DNA of 64,000 bases from Botryllus schlosseri (taxonomy: Eukaryota). A program made the translations under genes and the position numbers. Location: NCBI GenBank assembly GCA_051294905.1, contig CM119371.1, positions 24,802,001 through 24,866,000 of the forward strand, read 5' to 3'. Below, in pieces: positions 14,601 to 29,600 of this stretch; positions within the stretch are counted from its first letter, which is position 1, and every line of letters starts with the position of its first letter. The notes below the pieces were generated by a model. That model saw nothing but the letters and a program-made list of their open reading frames with translations, had not been told where the DNA came from and searched no databases.

Positions 14601-17600
14601 TCTTTCTGGGAAGTTGCCTTGGTTGGATTTGGAAAGTTTTTTCCCCTTCTGATAGCTTCCAGTCATTTTGTCGACGATGGAAGTATCTTTACCGCTACTT
14701 TCGCCTCGGATAACCCTATCAGTTTCCAGCATTCTCACGAGTGTTGCGGCTACTTTGAGAACGTCGTCGAGGAATGGATTGGTTTGTGTTAGACAATGCC
14801 GTCTCACATCCGCGTGCGGCGTTTCTATAATGATGAGATCGCGCATTAGCTCATCAACGTAGCTCTGATCACAGCCTTCTCTTGAGCATGTGAAGTTGCA
14901 ATCCTTGGAGATTCCGCGTAGAGTAGCGATCCAGCAGGCGTACGATTGTCCCCGTTGCATTTTACAGTTGTAAAATTCGTACCTGGCTGCTTGCACATAA
15001 ATGGAGTCTTTGAAGTGCGTAGACAACTTCTCAGTCAACACGTCGAAGGATTGTGCACTCACATCAGCAGCACCAAACAAATTACGTAGGAGCGAGTACG
15101 TTTCAGGTCCGACCCATGAGAGTAGACACGCTCTTTTCCTCTCCATGTTGGAAATGCCGTAAATTGCAAGGTGGTGGTTGAATCGTTGCAGATATTGGTC
15201 CCATTTCTCCTTCGATTTTACAAACGAATCAAACTTGGGAGCGGTAGCTTCAGATGTTGACGCACCGGGACTCAACCTCTGCGTTAACTGTGCCATTTCT
15301 GTCATGACTTTTGCCATTGCTTCGTCATGCTTTGCTTGTTGTTGCACCATCATCTCTTGCTGCTTCGCTTGTTGTTGCGCCATAATCTCTTGCTGCTTCT
15401 CAAGAATTTTCAAAATACCCGATTCCATAATATATATTCGTCGCAGAAATAACTGTGAATCCGACTTCTGACACCAATTGTTATGTTCTTGATCTTGTTT
15501 GAACAATAACTCAATGCGACGAGGTTGCAATACAGAATCAGTATATTATCAGCATAATAACTTTAAGGCAGCGACACGATCCAGAGTGCAGTTAAATGAA
15601 AAGACAACGAGGCAACAGAACACAGGATATAAATACAAGCACGACACACGAGGAAATAATGATTGGCGGTAATTACTAATCCTATAGAAAGAAAGAGTTG
15701 CACGACACTAAAACGTAAATGCACGAACATAACAATTTTTTATATAATAAATTCAAAACTTTTTATAGCAAGAACCTCCTTTCTACCGGTTGGAATTGAG
15801 CCAAATTTGGTGTGCAGCCTTGATATAGCAAACATAATAATTTTATCCCGTATTTGAACATCATCCCTAATCTTCATGCATACGTTGGGTTGATGTGAGG
15901 ATGCTGTTCCTGGACTGATTAAAAACTTTTTGTTTCTTTTTCTTTTCATGCAATACCTATAGAAAACTCTACGACTGTGTTTATGTTTACATAGCATTAA
16001 CATAAAATATTTCGATTCGATGTGATCATGTAATTTCCGATTATGTTTTCAGAAATGGCATTTCTAGCAAAGACCAAGCAACATCTTCGTAACGAAGTTG
16101 GAGAAATCAAAATGCCCGCTCGTCCCACAACAATGGTGATCGATATGCAGACCGCCAACGACGCCAACTTCACAAATGCAACTCATGGTGCTAGCAAAAC
16201 TGTATTTGGTCGTGACGTTCAACCAATCTCTCATGACCAATTTCATGATCCCATGAAAGGTAAATCTCCCAGGCATGTTATGATACTCGGAGAAGCAGGG
16301 GCTGGAAAATCAACCATTTCGGGAATATATTGCTTGGCTGTAGCTGATGGAAATGTTGAGACGCTTCGTAGTGTACAACTTGTTCATTACATCCAGGCAG
16401 CCCAACTTCATAACCATAGTACCGCAAACGTCTTTGATCTCCTATTTACCGAACAAATCGCTTATGATCCTATGACTGAATTGACTGTAAACGAGAGACG
16501 TGCTGGAGCAAACTGGTTAAATGAGAATTCAGACAAAGTATTATTGACAATTGACGGCCTTGATCAATGCTTAGATAACATTGTTGTGAATACTTCCCAA
16601 AGTACCTGCGAACTAACTAATTCAAGAGTCACTAAAATCATCGCTAGAATCATGGGCGGAAACATATGGAGAGGCGCACGCATATTGACCACGTCGCGGT
16701 GGAATATTTACTGGAACTTGACTGCCGAACAGAAACCAAACAAAGTAGTCGGCATGAGAGGATTTGACGACGAAAATCTCAAGTTGGCAGCACAAGCGCA
16801 CTCTGTTGATGGCGGTATGATGATAGATCAACTCCTGAATACTTCCCTGAAATTATTAAATTTATGTAGAAATCCTATGTTTCTAAAGTATACCATGAAA
16901 ATATTCAAAACAAATTCTGAAAACTTGCCAGATAGTATTTCCGGCCTCATGTCAGCATTTTTACGAAATTTCTTCCGCCTGTCCTCTGAGAAGTATGACG
17001 ACGTTACGAGACTCGCCTACCATGCAACATTGGACAATATATTTGTGTTTTCGCGCCGGTACTTAGAAAACCTGGTAATCAACCCAAAAGATCTCACTGA
17101 CTTCTTGTCTGCTGGAGCAAATCCGGAAAAAGATCAGGATGTCGCCAACTCGTTTGACGATGTATTTTCCTTCTCCCATCAAACAATGCAGGTTAGCGAA
17201 GTTGATGTATTTTGTTGCAATAAATCCAATTATTTATTATTGATTAGGCCACCGTATCTCAAACTTTTTTAGACACGCCCCTCGTTTTAAAAGTGAAAAA
17301 ATGCGCGCGAATCGTCATGTTACCAATCCGATCTAAATGCTGGCACTCTAAACTGATATTAAGATGGTCTAGATCAGTGGTTCTCAACCTTTTGTGACTC
17401 GCGCCCCCCTTGGAGATGGCCAAAAAATCGCGCCCCCCTGACCCCCCTTGCATTTATCGTCATGTCAAAAAGAGCACATCATCTAATACAAAGGTGGGCA
17501 ACGTTTTTGATAATCATGGCCGCATTTCGAATGCCTATGTAGCGTGAGGCCGCATTCCAGGGCATAGCAGCAATGAACGATCTGGACGCAATATCCATTC

Positions 17601-20600
17601 CCGGTGAACTCCGGACTATTCTACTTTTCACAATGGCCTATTGTACGCACCGAAATCGGGAGTGGCAATGTTATGAATAGTTGCCGGGCGGTGCATATTG
17701 TCCCGCGGAGCGCGAAAATTTTTCAGGGCCGCGAACGAATTGTTATTTCTTGCCAATTCCCATTCCGGCTCAGATTAAGAAGGGCGCTACTGTATTAAAA
17801 TCGAAAAATGAAGTCTTGTTGAATTGCGCGGAGGGCGAAGAAAATTTCAAGATTAATTAAAATCTCTCGAAAATGCGAGAGATGAATTAGGCGTCGACGG
17901 CCGCTCAAATTCCCTTGTACGGCCGCAGGCTGCCCACCCCTGATCTAATAGCATACATAAGGTATATCTTACGCCAATTTTGAATCTGCATTCCAGTTGT
18001 TGAGTCTTTTACATTGCTGACAAATTTCTCCAAAATTGTGAACAAAAAAAACATTGAACAATACATCTATTAATTAATTTCAAGGTAGGTCACCCTGAGA
18101 CTAATCCTGATGCTGGTAGTGAGTACAGAGAGCAAGGCGTCGGTCTGTCCTGTCATGCTAAATTTGATCAGTTTTGGAAATGAATTAAATTGTGTTGATT
18201 TATAGCCTAATTAAGGGCGAAACCAGGCAACCTATGTTGCATCTAAGTCTTTTTTAGGCAGTGCAGTTCGTAAGCTACGAACAAGAGCTGCCCAGCGCGA
18301 CAAGCTTTAGGCTAGTGTCAAAGCTATGAAGCAATGAATGAATTACACGTGGGAATTGCTCTTTATATTTCCAAAGAATTTCAAAAATTTGCTCAAATGA
18401 GCAAATTGAGCGCGATTGCGCGAGTTTGTATTTTGCAAGCTTTCTTGAATATGGAATAAATTTTATCTTCATTAATCGTCTTCTCACAATGGATGTGAAA
18501 CACATGTTCAGACACGTACAATTTATACTGACTTTGTCAATTTCTCGCCCCCCCCCTATACTGACTCCGTCAATTTCTCGTGCCCCCCGTGAGAGCCTCC
18601 CGCGCCCCCCAGGTTGAGAACCCCTGGTCTAGGTGGCATGGGTGGCTATGACTGTTGATGAGTGATTTCTCAAATATGAAATTTGGACCTATACACTACG
18701 ACATAACTAGGAACTAGAGGTGCGATTTTTTTTCATTTGACCGCAGCTTCGCACCCACTTCAACTGCTTTCACGCCCCCGAGGGGGCGCGCCCCCAGTTT
18801 GAGAACCACTGGAGGCGAGAGGTAATATCGGAACAAATATATACTCTCGAAATTCGAAAATAAAGCTTTACCAACTTGCATCCGATCAACAATAAATTGA
18901 TCATAGAGGTATATGCAGAGGTGGTCAAAGTAGTCAAGAAAGCTACTCAAGTAGAAATAGAAGTAGCGACAAAAAAATCTACTCAAGTACGAGTAGAAGT
19001 ACTTCTTCAACAAGCCACCTAAAACTACTTGAAGTAGAAGTAGAATTGACGGACCTTAAATCTACTCAAGTAAGTAAGTAGTTTTAAAACAGTCTTAATT
19101 CGTTCGCATGGACTGTCAAAAGCTGCGAATTGATCTATGCGGAAGGTGCAGAGAGCTTGAATCGTATTGATGCATCCCAGGAGGTAAAAATTTTCGTCAG
19201 AATAAGCATTCTTTCGCATCATGGGTGCAAATTATAGTATTGATATGAAAATGCGATACTAACCCTTTGTTTACCAGAAGACCCCGTTTTAGAGAATATC
19301 ATGGCATGGCGCCCTACCCCATATTATAAGGCCCCAAGTTTAGGCGAAGAGCAATACGTTGAAATTTTATCGGATACGGTTTCATGACTTTGCGCGATTA
19401 GTATAAGTTAATAACAAATATTGTGGATCGTAAAAGTTATATCTAGTGTAGGTTTATTTTCGAAAAATAGAGGCATTACTACACTTGATTTTATGCTTCA
19501 ACATGTATGTTCTGCAGACAAAAGAACTGAAAGTATAATCAGAACTCAAAGTATGATACTCGCAATTGAAAGTGAAATACAAATACCACTTCTAAGAAGC
19601 GGAAAATATATTTCATGTCTTTTGTCCGTAAAGCTTCGAAGGTGATCTGCTAAAACAGGTGTAACGTTAAAAAAGGCTGGATTTTCCAGATTAGCAAGAT
19701 ACGTAATGGGCTGCTAGACTACGATATGATAGGTAATTGCTAGATCGCAAATTCAAACGTTATGGTGGGCCATATTTACTGTGATGAAATATTTGATATG
19801 GGCGACAATGCGGTGTGAGCGGAACCAAGCAATCCGGTACCTAAATTAAATTCAATGATACTTTCGTGAAAACATATTTGTCACTTCATAACTACTGTGC
19901 GCGAAGCGCAACAAAATTTATGAGCTTTACTTGACTTTTATGAATATTAATGTTGGTACTCCGTGAAAACAGCCCCGAAATTCCTCAGGCTATCTTTCGT
20001 ATTGGGGGAATAGGGGGAATACACTACTTCTACTTGACAAACTAAAAATAGCGTAAAGTAAGTAAGTAGATCACAAAATATTACGAAGTAGAAGTAGAAG
20101 TAGAGAAAATCAGATCTACTTGAGCAAGTACTAGAAGTAGAGGAAAACTACTTGAGTACTTCCAAAAAGTAGAAGTACTTCGTTATTGACCACCTCTGGG
20201 TATATGTACACTTGTACAGTATTCGCCATGAGTATTTTGTGGAAGTTTGTTCAGGAATTTTGCTGCGCGCTACATGTCCCAAATCTTGATCGGAAGGATA
20301 TGAAAGGATTCATTTCGAATCATTTGAACGAGAGTGGAATGGAGTTTACCAGGCAACTTTTGTACGGATTGATTCTCAATGAGAAAGTCACGGAGTCAAT
20401 GAGGAAATACCTGACGGGTGAGTTGACATAGTTGACATAGTTTGCCGTGCTTTTGTCGCGATAGCACAGGGGTGGGCAATTATTTTCCTCCACGGGCCAA
20501 ATGAGGACCAGAAATTACGTTGGCGGACCGAGTGAAAAATTTAGGCTATATTCTCCAGCGTATTTTAATTTTATTTCTAAATATCATTGTTAATAAATGC

Positions 20601-23600
20601 TGCTCAGTGAATGTGTTGATTTTAGTTAATGAGAAAGTGGAGGTTAATTAAAAAAATATCTATTTGCCGTCATGATTTGAAACAATGTTAAACATGATAT
20701 ATTTTCAACTTTCTTTAGACCCCTATCCACGTTCTTCCATTAAAACACTAAAACAGTGGTTCTCAAACTTTTGTTTAGGCACGACTCCTTTATGATAGTG
20801 AACAATTTCGCGCCTGACCCCCCTATCATGATATCACAACATATTAAAAAGAGCAGCCTAAGTGCTAGCAATCGCAACGGGCGGTTTGATGGCATGGGAG
20901 GTTATTGCTGCTGATGTGGCAATTCTGTAGTATCAAAGTCGGACAATACTCGAGCAATAAGTATATTATGGGTTCGGGGTGAATCACACCGAGCGCGGGA
21001 AAAATCTTTATTCAACTTCGACTTCGCGCTTCCTCTCAGATGCTTTCACGCCCCCTAGTTAGAGAACCACTGCACTGAAATGTATATTTAATATTACCAA
21101 GCTTGTCTTGGTCGCTGAATTCCGAGCAGTGTGCATCTCAAATAGCCTTGCTGTTGAGCGAAGTTTGCAGTATTTTGAAATTTGCCCTCCCTTGCCCAAG
21201 TGTTTCGTGTTTTTTTTACAAATTAAAATCCTTAATCTCGGCGCCATGTTCCACAAAAACTACAAGGACGGGTTTACCCCTAACTTCAGTATACAAATAT
21301 TTAGTGCTCTAAACCTTCTTTGAATTTCAGCTTCCGGCTTTCTCTTTTGGACATGCCCGTTCATCCTTCATGGGTGATATATATGATGAGTCATATAGTA
21401 ATCGCGAGCACTGATTGATTTGTTTTACGAATTATTAGGGATTTGGAAACGCCTCACGTAGCAATTTGAAACATAATATAATGCCTAATGTGACAATGGC
21501 AAGAAGGTTGACCTAAACTATATGAAAAAAGTGATTTCTTGTGAACAAAATTGTTACTGATACTTTGCCACATTGCTTTTATTTTGAATCTGGATTACGC
21601 ATGCGAGGTACGTTGGCAGCGTAATCGTGACATAGTAATGAACAGGCTTCAAAGTAGACGAAGTTTCTGTTTAGTTGATACAGCCTATGTGGTTTTTGTC
21701 CACGCAACAATATTCAAAAATCAGTTTTAATGTCATGAATTCTAAGCAACCTTTCGCAGGCTGCACATAATGGCTTTGCGGACCGCATTTGCCCCGCGGC
21801 CCGCCTTTTGCCCAGGTCTGCGATAGCAGTTACGGTAGAATGCAACACACATAGCTCATATTTCTTATGATACGCATTAGTGGATCGGTAGGATCCAGGG
21901 TTGTAACCAAGTGACAAGTCAATTTCACTTTTATTGTTTTGACTCGAGTCAAGTCGAGTCATTTTCAATTGACCACCGAGTCAAGTCCGAGAACAAGTCA
22001 TCGAGCAGAGGGTCAAGTCCGAGTCATGGTATCATGACTAGAGTCCGAGTTCAAGTCATTATATGTTGACTGCTCGGTTTCTAGTTAAAGTCTTGTTAAA
22101 CTCACTCTACATAGCTATGTTTGGTGATATCGAATTTTCGCATTTATAGTATACTAATTTTCCTCACTTTAAGCAGTTTCTGGTCGCACTTTCATGTACC
22201 AGCACCAATCAGACGAAATCCCAGTAGGGTGGTTACTTGACAATTCCTCGAAATCACAATGAAATGTCGGTCTTGGCCGTCTGAGTCTCGAGTCAATGAC
22301 TTGATCCGAGTAATGCGCAATGATTCGAGTCCAAGTCGAGTCAATACACAGATTGACTCGAGTCGAGTCGAATCATTTCCGTATTTTGAAAAAATGACTC
22401 GAGTCAAGTCGAGTCATAAAAAAATCGTGATTTGAGTCGGACTCAAGTCGCGTCATTACAAAACTGGTAGGATCCAATGAGGTTAGTGCGATTCTGATCG
22501 AAAATTTCTCTGGTCCGACTTCTGTTATTCAATACTGGTGTGCGGCTGCGATCCGGCACCGGCCGTATCAGAAAAAAGTGCCCATCCGGGTCCGATCCAG
22601 CTCCGGCCAAAAGTGAAGAAAAATAAATCCGGCTGGATATCCAATCAGCCATACAGGGTACGGTGGTTCCGTGAATTTATGAATAGGGCTCATTTATTTT
22701 CGTACTTGCTTGGCGGTTACTTGGGCGTGGTTGGTGGGATGGTATCGTTATTTAGTTAGTTACAAAAGTCATGCCTATCAATAAAGATTCTATCTGTATC
22801 AAAAGAGTACTGATCCGGCTCCGATCCGGCTCCAGACAAAATTCAAAAAATCCGATCGGATATCGAATCCGGCTCCGGTCCATGCTCCCCACTAGTTTCT
22901 GTACGATGACAAGACTCAGAATAGTAATGAGATCGACATTTTGTATTCTTAAAATTCGAGTTACCAATAACATTTCGATTCCATGCAAGAATTATACAAA
23001 TGGTATTACCATCAATATTTATTACTCCAGATAGGATTTTTGCATCGAAGTCGAGTATTTTCTTGAGTATGATTGTATAATATGTCTATCGTTAACACGT
23101 CACCTTTAAACGGCGTCAGCAACCTATCATTGAGACGAATTAGGAAAACTACGTTTTCGTGTTAACTTCAATAAATGTTTTCCCTTCATTAATAAATTGT
23201 TATTAGTTTCCTCACGCTGCATGGCTCGCAGGTCGCAAAACCTCAATCGAGGAATGTCGTGAGATGATGTTCGAACAATTTATTGACCTCGTGAAGGATG
23301 GCGCTATACTCGACATTACGACTGTTCGTCTCCTGAGCGAGTGCGGAGACAGCACCATTCAGAACATGAAAGAACACGTTCAACGAATTAGAATCAATAC
23401 CGAAGACCTGTTGCACAGTGATCAACTCTTACTGACAATATTGATAAAACGGCTGTCACCCCTTGAAACAACGTTCGTTCGGCAAATCACTCTGGATCCG
23501 TCGATGACAACGTGTGTGAAAGATTGTCTCGATTCTGTTGAAGTATTCGAGGTAACTCCACTTACTTGATGCTGGCATATTCACTCAATTTACTCAATGT

Positions 23601-26600
23601 CTTCTGTTGCAAGGCTGGCTATGAGATCATGGAATCCGTTGAAGAAATTCATTTAGATGATGTAATGACAATCCTTAATCGGTCGAAATTATTCTACGTC
23701 CGTCTTCGGTGTAATGATGGTGTGAAACTATTATTTCTCTTTGATTGGATAAAGAGATCTGAGGTATCACATCTACAGTTTTCGAAGTCAGGTAGCCAAG
23801 GGATCTTTGCCATAATTCTGTACTAAATTTGTTCACATGATTTACTAAACGTTAAGAATGTCAGCTGGTAATTGAATATCGCCGTGTCTGCAAAATTCCT
23901 CAGAAAAGCGACTATACAAACACAACACTGAACAATGAACATCATGAAATTTATTGTGATGAAAATAAATACAGCTAAATATAAATGTTGAAATGAAGAT
24001 GGAATCTGTGTAGAATATAGAGCAATATTAATTCTTCATTCAGGTTCACATGGGCGGCCTTGGCTTATTAAGGATAACTCGAGTTGATACTTTGAGAAAT
24101 TTGTTCAGATTTCTGTCGATACACTCAATAGAAAATCTGCGTTTGAACATTAATCCCGGCATAATCGGACTCCAATTTACAGAGATTGTCACGTCTCGTG
24201 GACCGACAACACGCAAGGTGAGAAATGTTATTATTCAATGTTACTGCAAAATTGATCCCCGTTGACTGCTATACTAAATAGTGTAAAAGTAATTTGGTGC
24301 AGCGTTTGGCAACATCGGATGCTGCATATAGCCCATGTCCATGGCGCAGCAATAGCTATAGTGGTTAATGTAAATCTAATGAGCATGCCTATCGCCCGTA
24401 AAACCGTAGAATCTCGTCTCTATTCGCTACTGGAATTTACATAACAATAACTACTTAATCGAATGAGCGTAGAATAATAGTATTGTATGTCCACACGAAC
24501 AAAGAACCCTCACTTGAGAGGTTGAAACCCTATTTTACGTGCACGAGCATGCGGATGAATCTTTAATTTTGTAACCTAATTTCCGCCAGTCCAAGTGTAT
24601 TCGCATCATTCCACTAGCTTCTATATCCGATCAATGTGAAATATTCATCTCCCTGCATGACCCGTATGGTGCATGGAGAATTACACAACAATTATTTGGA
24701 GTTTTTATGAGCGTCTGCGCAGGTGGTTCTCAAATTGGGGTCAGGGCTTCTTTTGGAGTCCGCAAGATAATTTTTTTAAAACCGTGAAGCACGTTAGGAA
24801 ATTTTTTGATGTAACAATCCAACCTTTTTTTAAAACAAACTGAATGGTGGCCCGACGTTATAACGTTATTCGATATAACATATAATATTTTGGTCGCACT
24901 TCGCGCGTTTTAGTGTCACTATGCAGTTCCTGATTAGATTTCGCCTATACCAACTCCTGAACAAATTACGAGTAATTTTGAAGAAATGAGTCTTCCTGTA
25001 TTCTTAATTATGAGAGCATCACTTCAGACCGTTAACACTACATAGTTTAGGGGTGAGCAACCTTCAGGTGCATCATCGTCGTTTCGGTGCTGTCCACAAC
25101 ACACCAAGGTTACACGAACACGCGATTGTACGGGAAGTGCGCTGCCAAAAAGATTACCAGCGACAAAGCCGTTGCCCGAAATAATCACCGTAAGCTGGAA
25201 CCTTGGAATCTTGCATCTTCAGTTGTTCACTCACCGAAAAAATGCGACCCGCGGAGAAGCACAATGCTCCCGGTTCCAAATGCTAAATACAAAGGAATTT
25301 TGCCTTTAGTTTAGTCTGGTACGTGTGAGCGATTCCAATATCTTTCGAGTAGCGACAATAAATAATCGAGTTCACGAAATACCAATATGCTTTTATCCTT
25401 ACTGCACACTAATTTTAATAACACTAGGCTATGGGTCACCAACACGCGGCTCGCGAGGTCATGTTATGCGGATGGCGACTTAATTTGAGGTTTCGGAAGA
25501 AAGCGAAGAAAACCATTTTGAAAGACTGAAATTGAACACAGTTTTAACAAATTGTTGTGGTTATTGTTGTTTCGAAATAGCTATTTTCCTGTGCCAAACA
25601 TCATTCCACCGAGGGAGAATAATCAGCAGATATGAATGGGTTGGGCATGTTGCCTTGACGTGCAATGTCTCAAACACTGCCGAGACCGAGATGTTTAAAA
25701 ACTGCATAGGGCGGTGGTACCAAAACTGGGGGGGTGCACCCCTGTAGTGGGGACGTGAAAGTATCTGAAGGGGCCACGAAGCTGCGGTCAACTGAAAATG
25801 TTTTTGCGCTACGCACCATTTACGTCACATTCATATTTTGTTTGCTATTGTGGTATGCATGGTGTTTTTCGACTACTATAGTCATTTACACCAGGCCAAC
25901 ATTTCTCATTATTTTTCGTAACTGCCGATTATAGCACGGCCCACCTGTAGGCTTTTTGTGAGACACCGCTTACGTGGATGAGGTGGCGAGGATGAGCCAT
26001 AGGTAAACCATAAACACTTAGGTAATGGAATTCTGAAGTCGACCTCGGTCGGACTCGAGCCCGCACCCATTGGTGTTGCAGCCGCAGATTACACCGGAAA
26101 TCATATTATAGAATTCTCTCATCAACAGTCATAACCTGCCATGCCATCAAACCATCCTTTGGAATTGCTAGCATCCTGGTTGTAATTCGGGATATGATGA
26201 TAAGTGGGGAGCGAAATATTTCAGTATCACAAAGGGGGGCGTGTCTAAAAAAGTTTGAGAACCACTTGCTAAGGGCAGTCCCACTATATCAAGCTTTACG
26301 TGGAGATGGTCTTTCAGCTAGTAACGTATCTCGCTACTCCAAATTAGCCTAAATCAAGTGCAAAATCAAATTCAACAAATTTCGTTTCGTAATTTAATAT
26401 AAAAGTGGCTATCCTTTGCATTGTTGTGTAATTTCGAACACTGCGTCCACTCTCATGGGATAACTGCTGCAATCTTCTAAAATAATTTTTCAGGTCTCCA
26501 TCATGACGATTGAAGATAAATCCATGACGTATAAAATATTTGAGGCTTATTTGGATATTTTCCGGCACTGCAAATTCAGGGGTCTATCTCTAGCTAAGTG

Positions 26601-29600
26601 CGATCTCACCGACAAAGATGTTAACATGATTTTACAATGTTGCAGAAATAATGGTATTAAGGTAAGAATTAGGTCATCTATCAGCTTATAGCTCCAAATC
26701 TGGAATTTTCTATATATATGAATGTATCCAAATCGTTTACCTAAAATTATAAGGTGGCGTATGAAACATTTAAAATTAATGTATATTCCGTACAGAGGTG
26801 ATATTCAAATTTTCATAGCACAGGAAGTCATATTTTTTCGTAAATAAAATTACCTTTTCGTATAAGTTTCACCATATCGTTTCGAGAAGATGAATTGGAG
26901 GCGGTGCAATAGATAAATGAACAGTGCTGCAAGTCACGATTATCCTTACAGACCGATATTAAGAACAGACTGACGTACTGGACGACTCTATGACAACAGC
27001 TTCTCTCACTATAACATTCTTTAAAACCAAACTATCTCACAACATAGTCAAGGTATTTCATTAGTTACAAAAACAGGATGCAACCGCTAGATACAGGGAA
27101 TAGCGCGACGCGTATACAACCCGTCAATGCTAAGAATCACGCTGTTGGAAGCAGTAGTCCCACGACTTTATTCCACAAAGGGAAAATTATTATATTTAAT
27201 AAAATTATCACAATGTATAACTCTCAAGTGCAAACCGGGCCTTATTACATTTTGAAAGAAACTTGAACTACTTGAATCTCAAAAATACTTTGACAGAAAT
27301 CATGCAATATTGCTTACTTTCATGTACGCTGATATGATGACCAAGTATGGTATCGGCGAAACCACGAATTCTAATTAATCAATGGTGAACTAAACAGAAT
27401 AGTCGGTGTTTCCAGCTGAATCTTTGGTATTCCACACCATTTATATGCAGTCCGAAACCCCTTGTTGGCAGAGGGTCAGTGGTTTGCGAGTTTTGCTAGA
27501 GCAGAGTTCCAGACATACGGTTCGCGGAGAAACACTGTATATATGGAGATGAGCTTGCATTAGCCAACACATTTCTATGAAAGTTGATATGTTTGATAGA
27601 GAACACCGTCACATAGGTAATATCTCAAAATGGCCGATATCACATTAAAACCGCCCAGTAACAATGCTGCGTTCTCACCCTAGCCACATTTCGTAACAAT
27701 TCTTTGACTTCAAGTAGGAATGTTCACATTGAATTAATTATTTTTGGGAATGGTTCATTCATATTGGTAAAAAGGTCAATGCGTTAAAGTATTTTATGCG
27801 AATAACCTGAGGTGGGCATGGAGTGAGCCGTTCTAGGCATCATGAGATGCTGAATCACAATAACGAATATCGGAGTGGTAGGATAATGCTGTGAATACTG
27901 CTAGAAACAATTTGTGCTGGTTGTGATATATATAATTTCTGATTTAAAGAAACGCCGTGCTCAAAAGCCACTAGGTATTATCTTAACATTAAACATCAAC
28001 TTTAATTGTATGTTATGTAAAATTATCTTCAAAATCTCCCTTTTCGAGAGCGCTGAGTTAGTTCAGTGCCGCAGATGATTAATCTGTTTGATGCGCTGGC
28101 CATGAATAATATCTGCGGAGTCCCAAATGGCCATTTATCAATAGTGAAAGTGAACTAAATCGAAGAGTCCGTATTTAGAGCTGAATTTTTGGTATTCCAC
28201 ACGACGTCTACTCAGTCGCAGAGCTATCGCCGCATCACGTCTAAATCGAACTGAACATAGAAATACCAAAACTTATATCGTCTTGAACCGCCAGTTACAG
28301 TCGGTATTTGATAATATACACCTCACTTGTATATTTACCAGCACGATTGTCTGCAAATGAAGATGCTGTTAAAAGACAAAAGATAGCCATCGTGATTTCT
28401 ACTATTGTTTATTCTATGTGGGCTCGATATTAAAGCATTGTACATCAATGTTCCCTCGAATTTTTCACGAGTCTGCAAGCACTCACCAACCCACTACGCA
28501 GTCCCTTAGACGACTAAAAAAGGTCATCACTTTGAATAGACTGCCGAATTACGCACTTTTCTTGTTCATTGTGTGGTGTTGACTAGAAAAAGGACATCAT
28601 TTCGGTTTTTTATGTGAGAATAGATTATCTGTGGGCAGTAGGCTACTACGCAATTAAGGACGCGTGCAGTTTAGAGGGAACAGTGTAGCCTACAGTGTTT
28701 CATTTTGTCATTGTTTGACCGGTCCGGCCCGTTTCAAATGCATTTTAGTGACTAGCGCGGGGTAGCTGCTATTGTCACAAAGGAAGGCAGTTGATCTGGC
28801 GGCATGTAATGCGAAATTCAGCGAAGTAAGGTTGTCAGCTTCCAACACCAGGTTCTAAAATGTCTGAACACATACTCTTAAAATTAGGAATCAGATTTGT
28901 AATATGACTTGATAATTATCTATTAATCTATTTTATGTTACTTATTTTAGTTACAATAAATATAAATTAACCATTTGTGCCACTATTTCTTTCATTTGAT
29001 CGATTTTGGCATCTTTTTTTCAAATGCCGCATATAGCTGAATATATACGTCAATGAACATAACAATTGAGAATATGAGTGTACAGAAAGCCATTTACATA
29101 TGACATGTGATATACATGAATACCGATTTTTTTATCCCATACGCAGTCAATAAACTGCCGAATAAATAGAAGCACTCTCAAATATTTTTTCTCCGTTGTA
29201 TCGTCCGTTGCTTCGTATCAATCAGTCGATTATTTCTGTTGTGTAGGATATTATTGTCATGAGAAATTGCAGCGAACGATCGCATGGTTTCGAGTAATCG
29301 CATCTGTGATGTCGTAATTTCATTCAGCTTTCCGAAGTTAGGATATGGGATGGAACGATGGCCTCGGATGTCTATTGTGATGTCGCGACTATTGTCCGTG
29401 TCACAGGATGTGCGAAAGTATCTTTCGGAAATTGCGATTTGACGAAACAAAAATTGGGCTGCTTCACGGCAACCTGCAAAGAAAATCAAATATCAGTGAG
29501 TTGGAAGATGTGTTGATATAATTTTTGAAATCAAAAGAGTGTTTCAAAAACATTTTTTCCGAATGGATAGTTTATATACGCCATTGGTTCTCCGACTACG

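Larger units (their letters stand above)
9507..15734 (-). mobile_element. Full-length, inactivated Ty3/Gypsy LTR retrotransposon (Mag-like) in NLR intron 3
   Basis: Two 256-bp LTRs (TGTTATGTTC...GAACATAACA), 5-bp TSD ATTTT, tRNA-Leu-type PBS, polypurine tract next to the 3' LTR, and gag-PR-RT-RH-IN order. Confidence 0.97.
9240..15820. mobile_element. Palindromic MITE (~9240-9506 plus 15735-15820) split by the Gypsy insertion
   Basis: gcacgccaaatttgtctcaatttccaccagtaaaag...ttcttgc (9247-9295) is approximately reverse-complementary to gcaagaacc...ctaccggttggaattgagccaaatttggtgtgc (15768-15815); an inner palindrome lies at 9360-9468. Confidence 0.65.

Noticed and set aside
14346..15530. 394-aa ORF as a complete protein
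   Set aside because: The N-terminal 34 codons read through the LTR/PBS and the C-terminal tail (QWFPTGEE...) comes from the hAT insertion.
16043..17272. Stand-alone 409-aa single-exon NACHT protein as given by the ORF track
   Set aside because: The ORF ends lie in intron sequence: there is an acceptor at 16052 and a donor at 17192, and the QEF motif continues at 20255.
13287..22466. GACTCGAGTC, AAGTAG and ATCGCCCCC short-repeat clusters as CRISPR-like arrays
   Set aside because: Spacing is irregular with no unique spacers and no cas genes; these are subterminal repeats within TIR/TSD-bounded MITEs in a eukaryotic genome.
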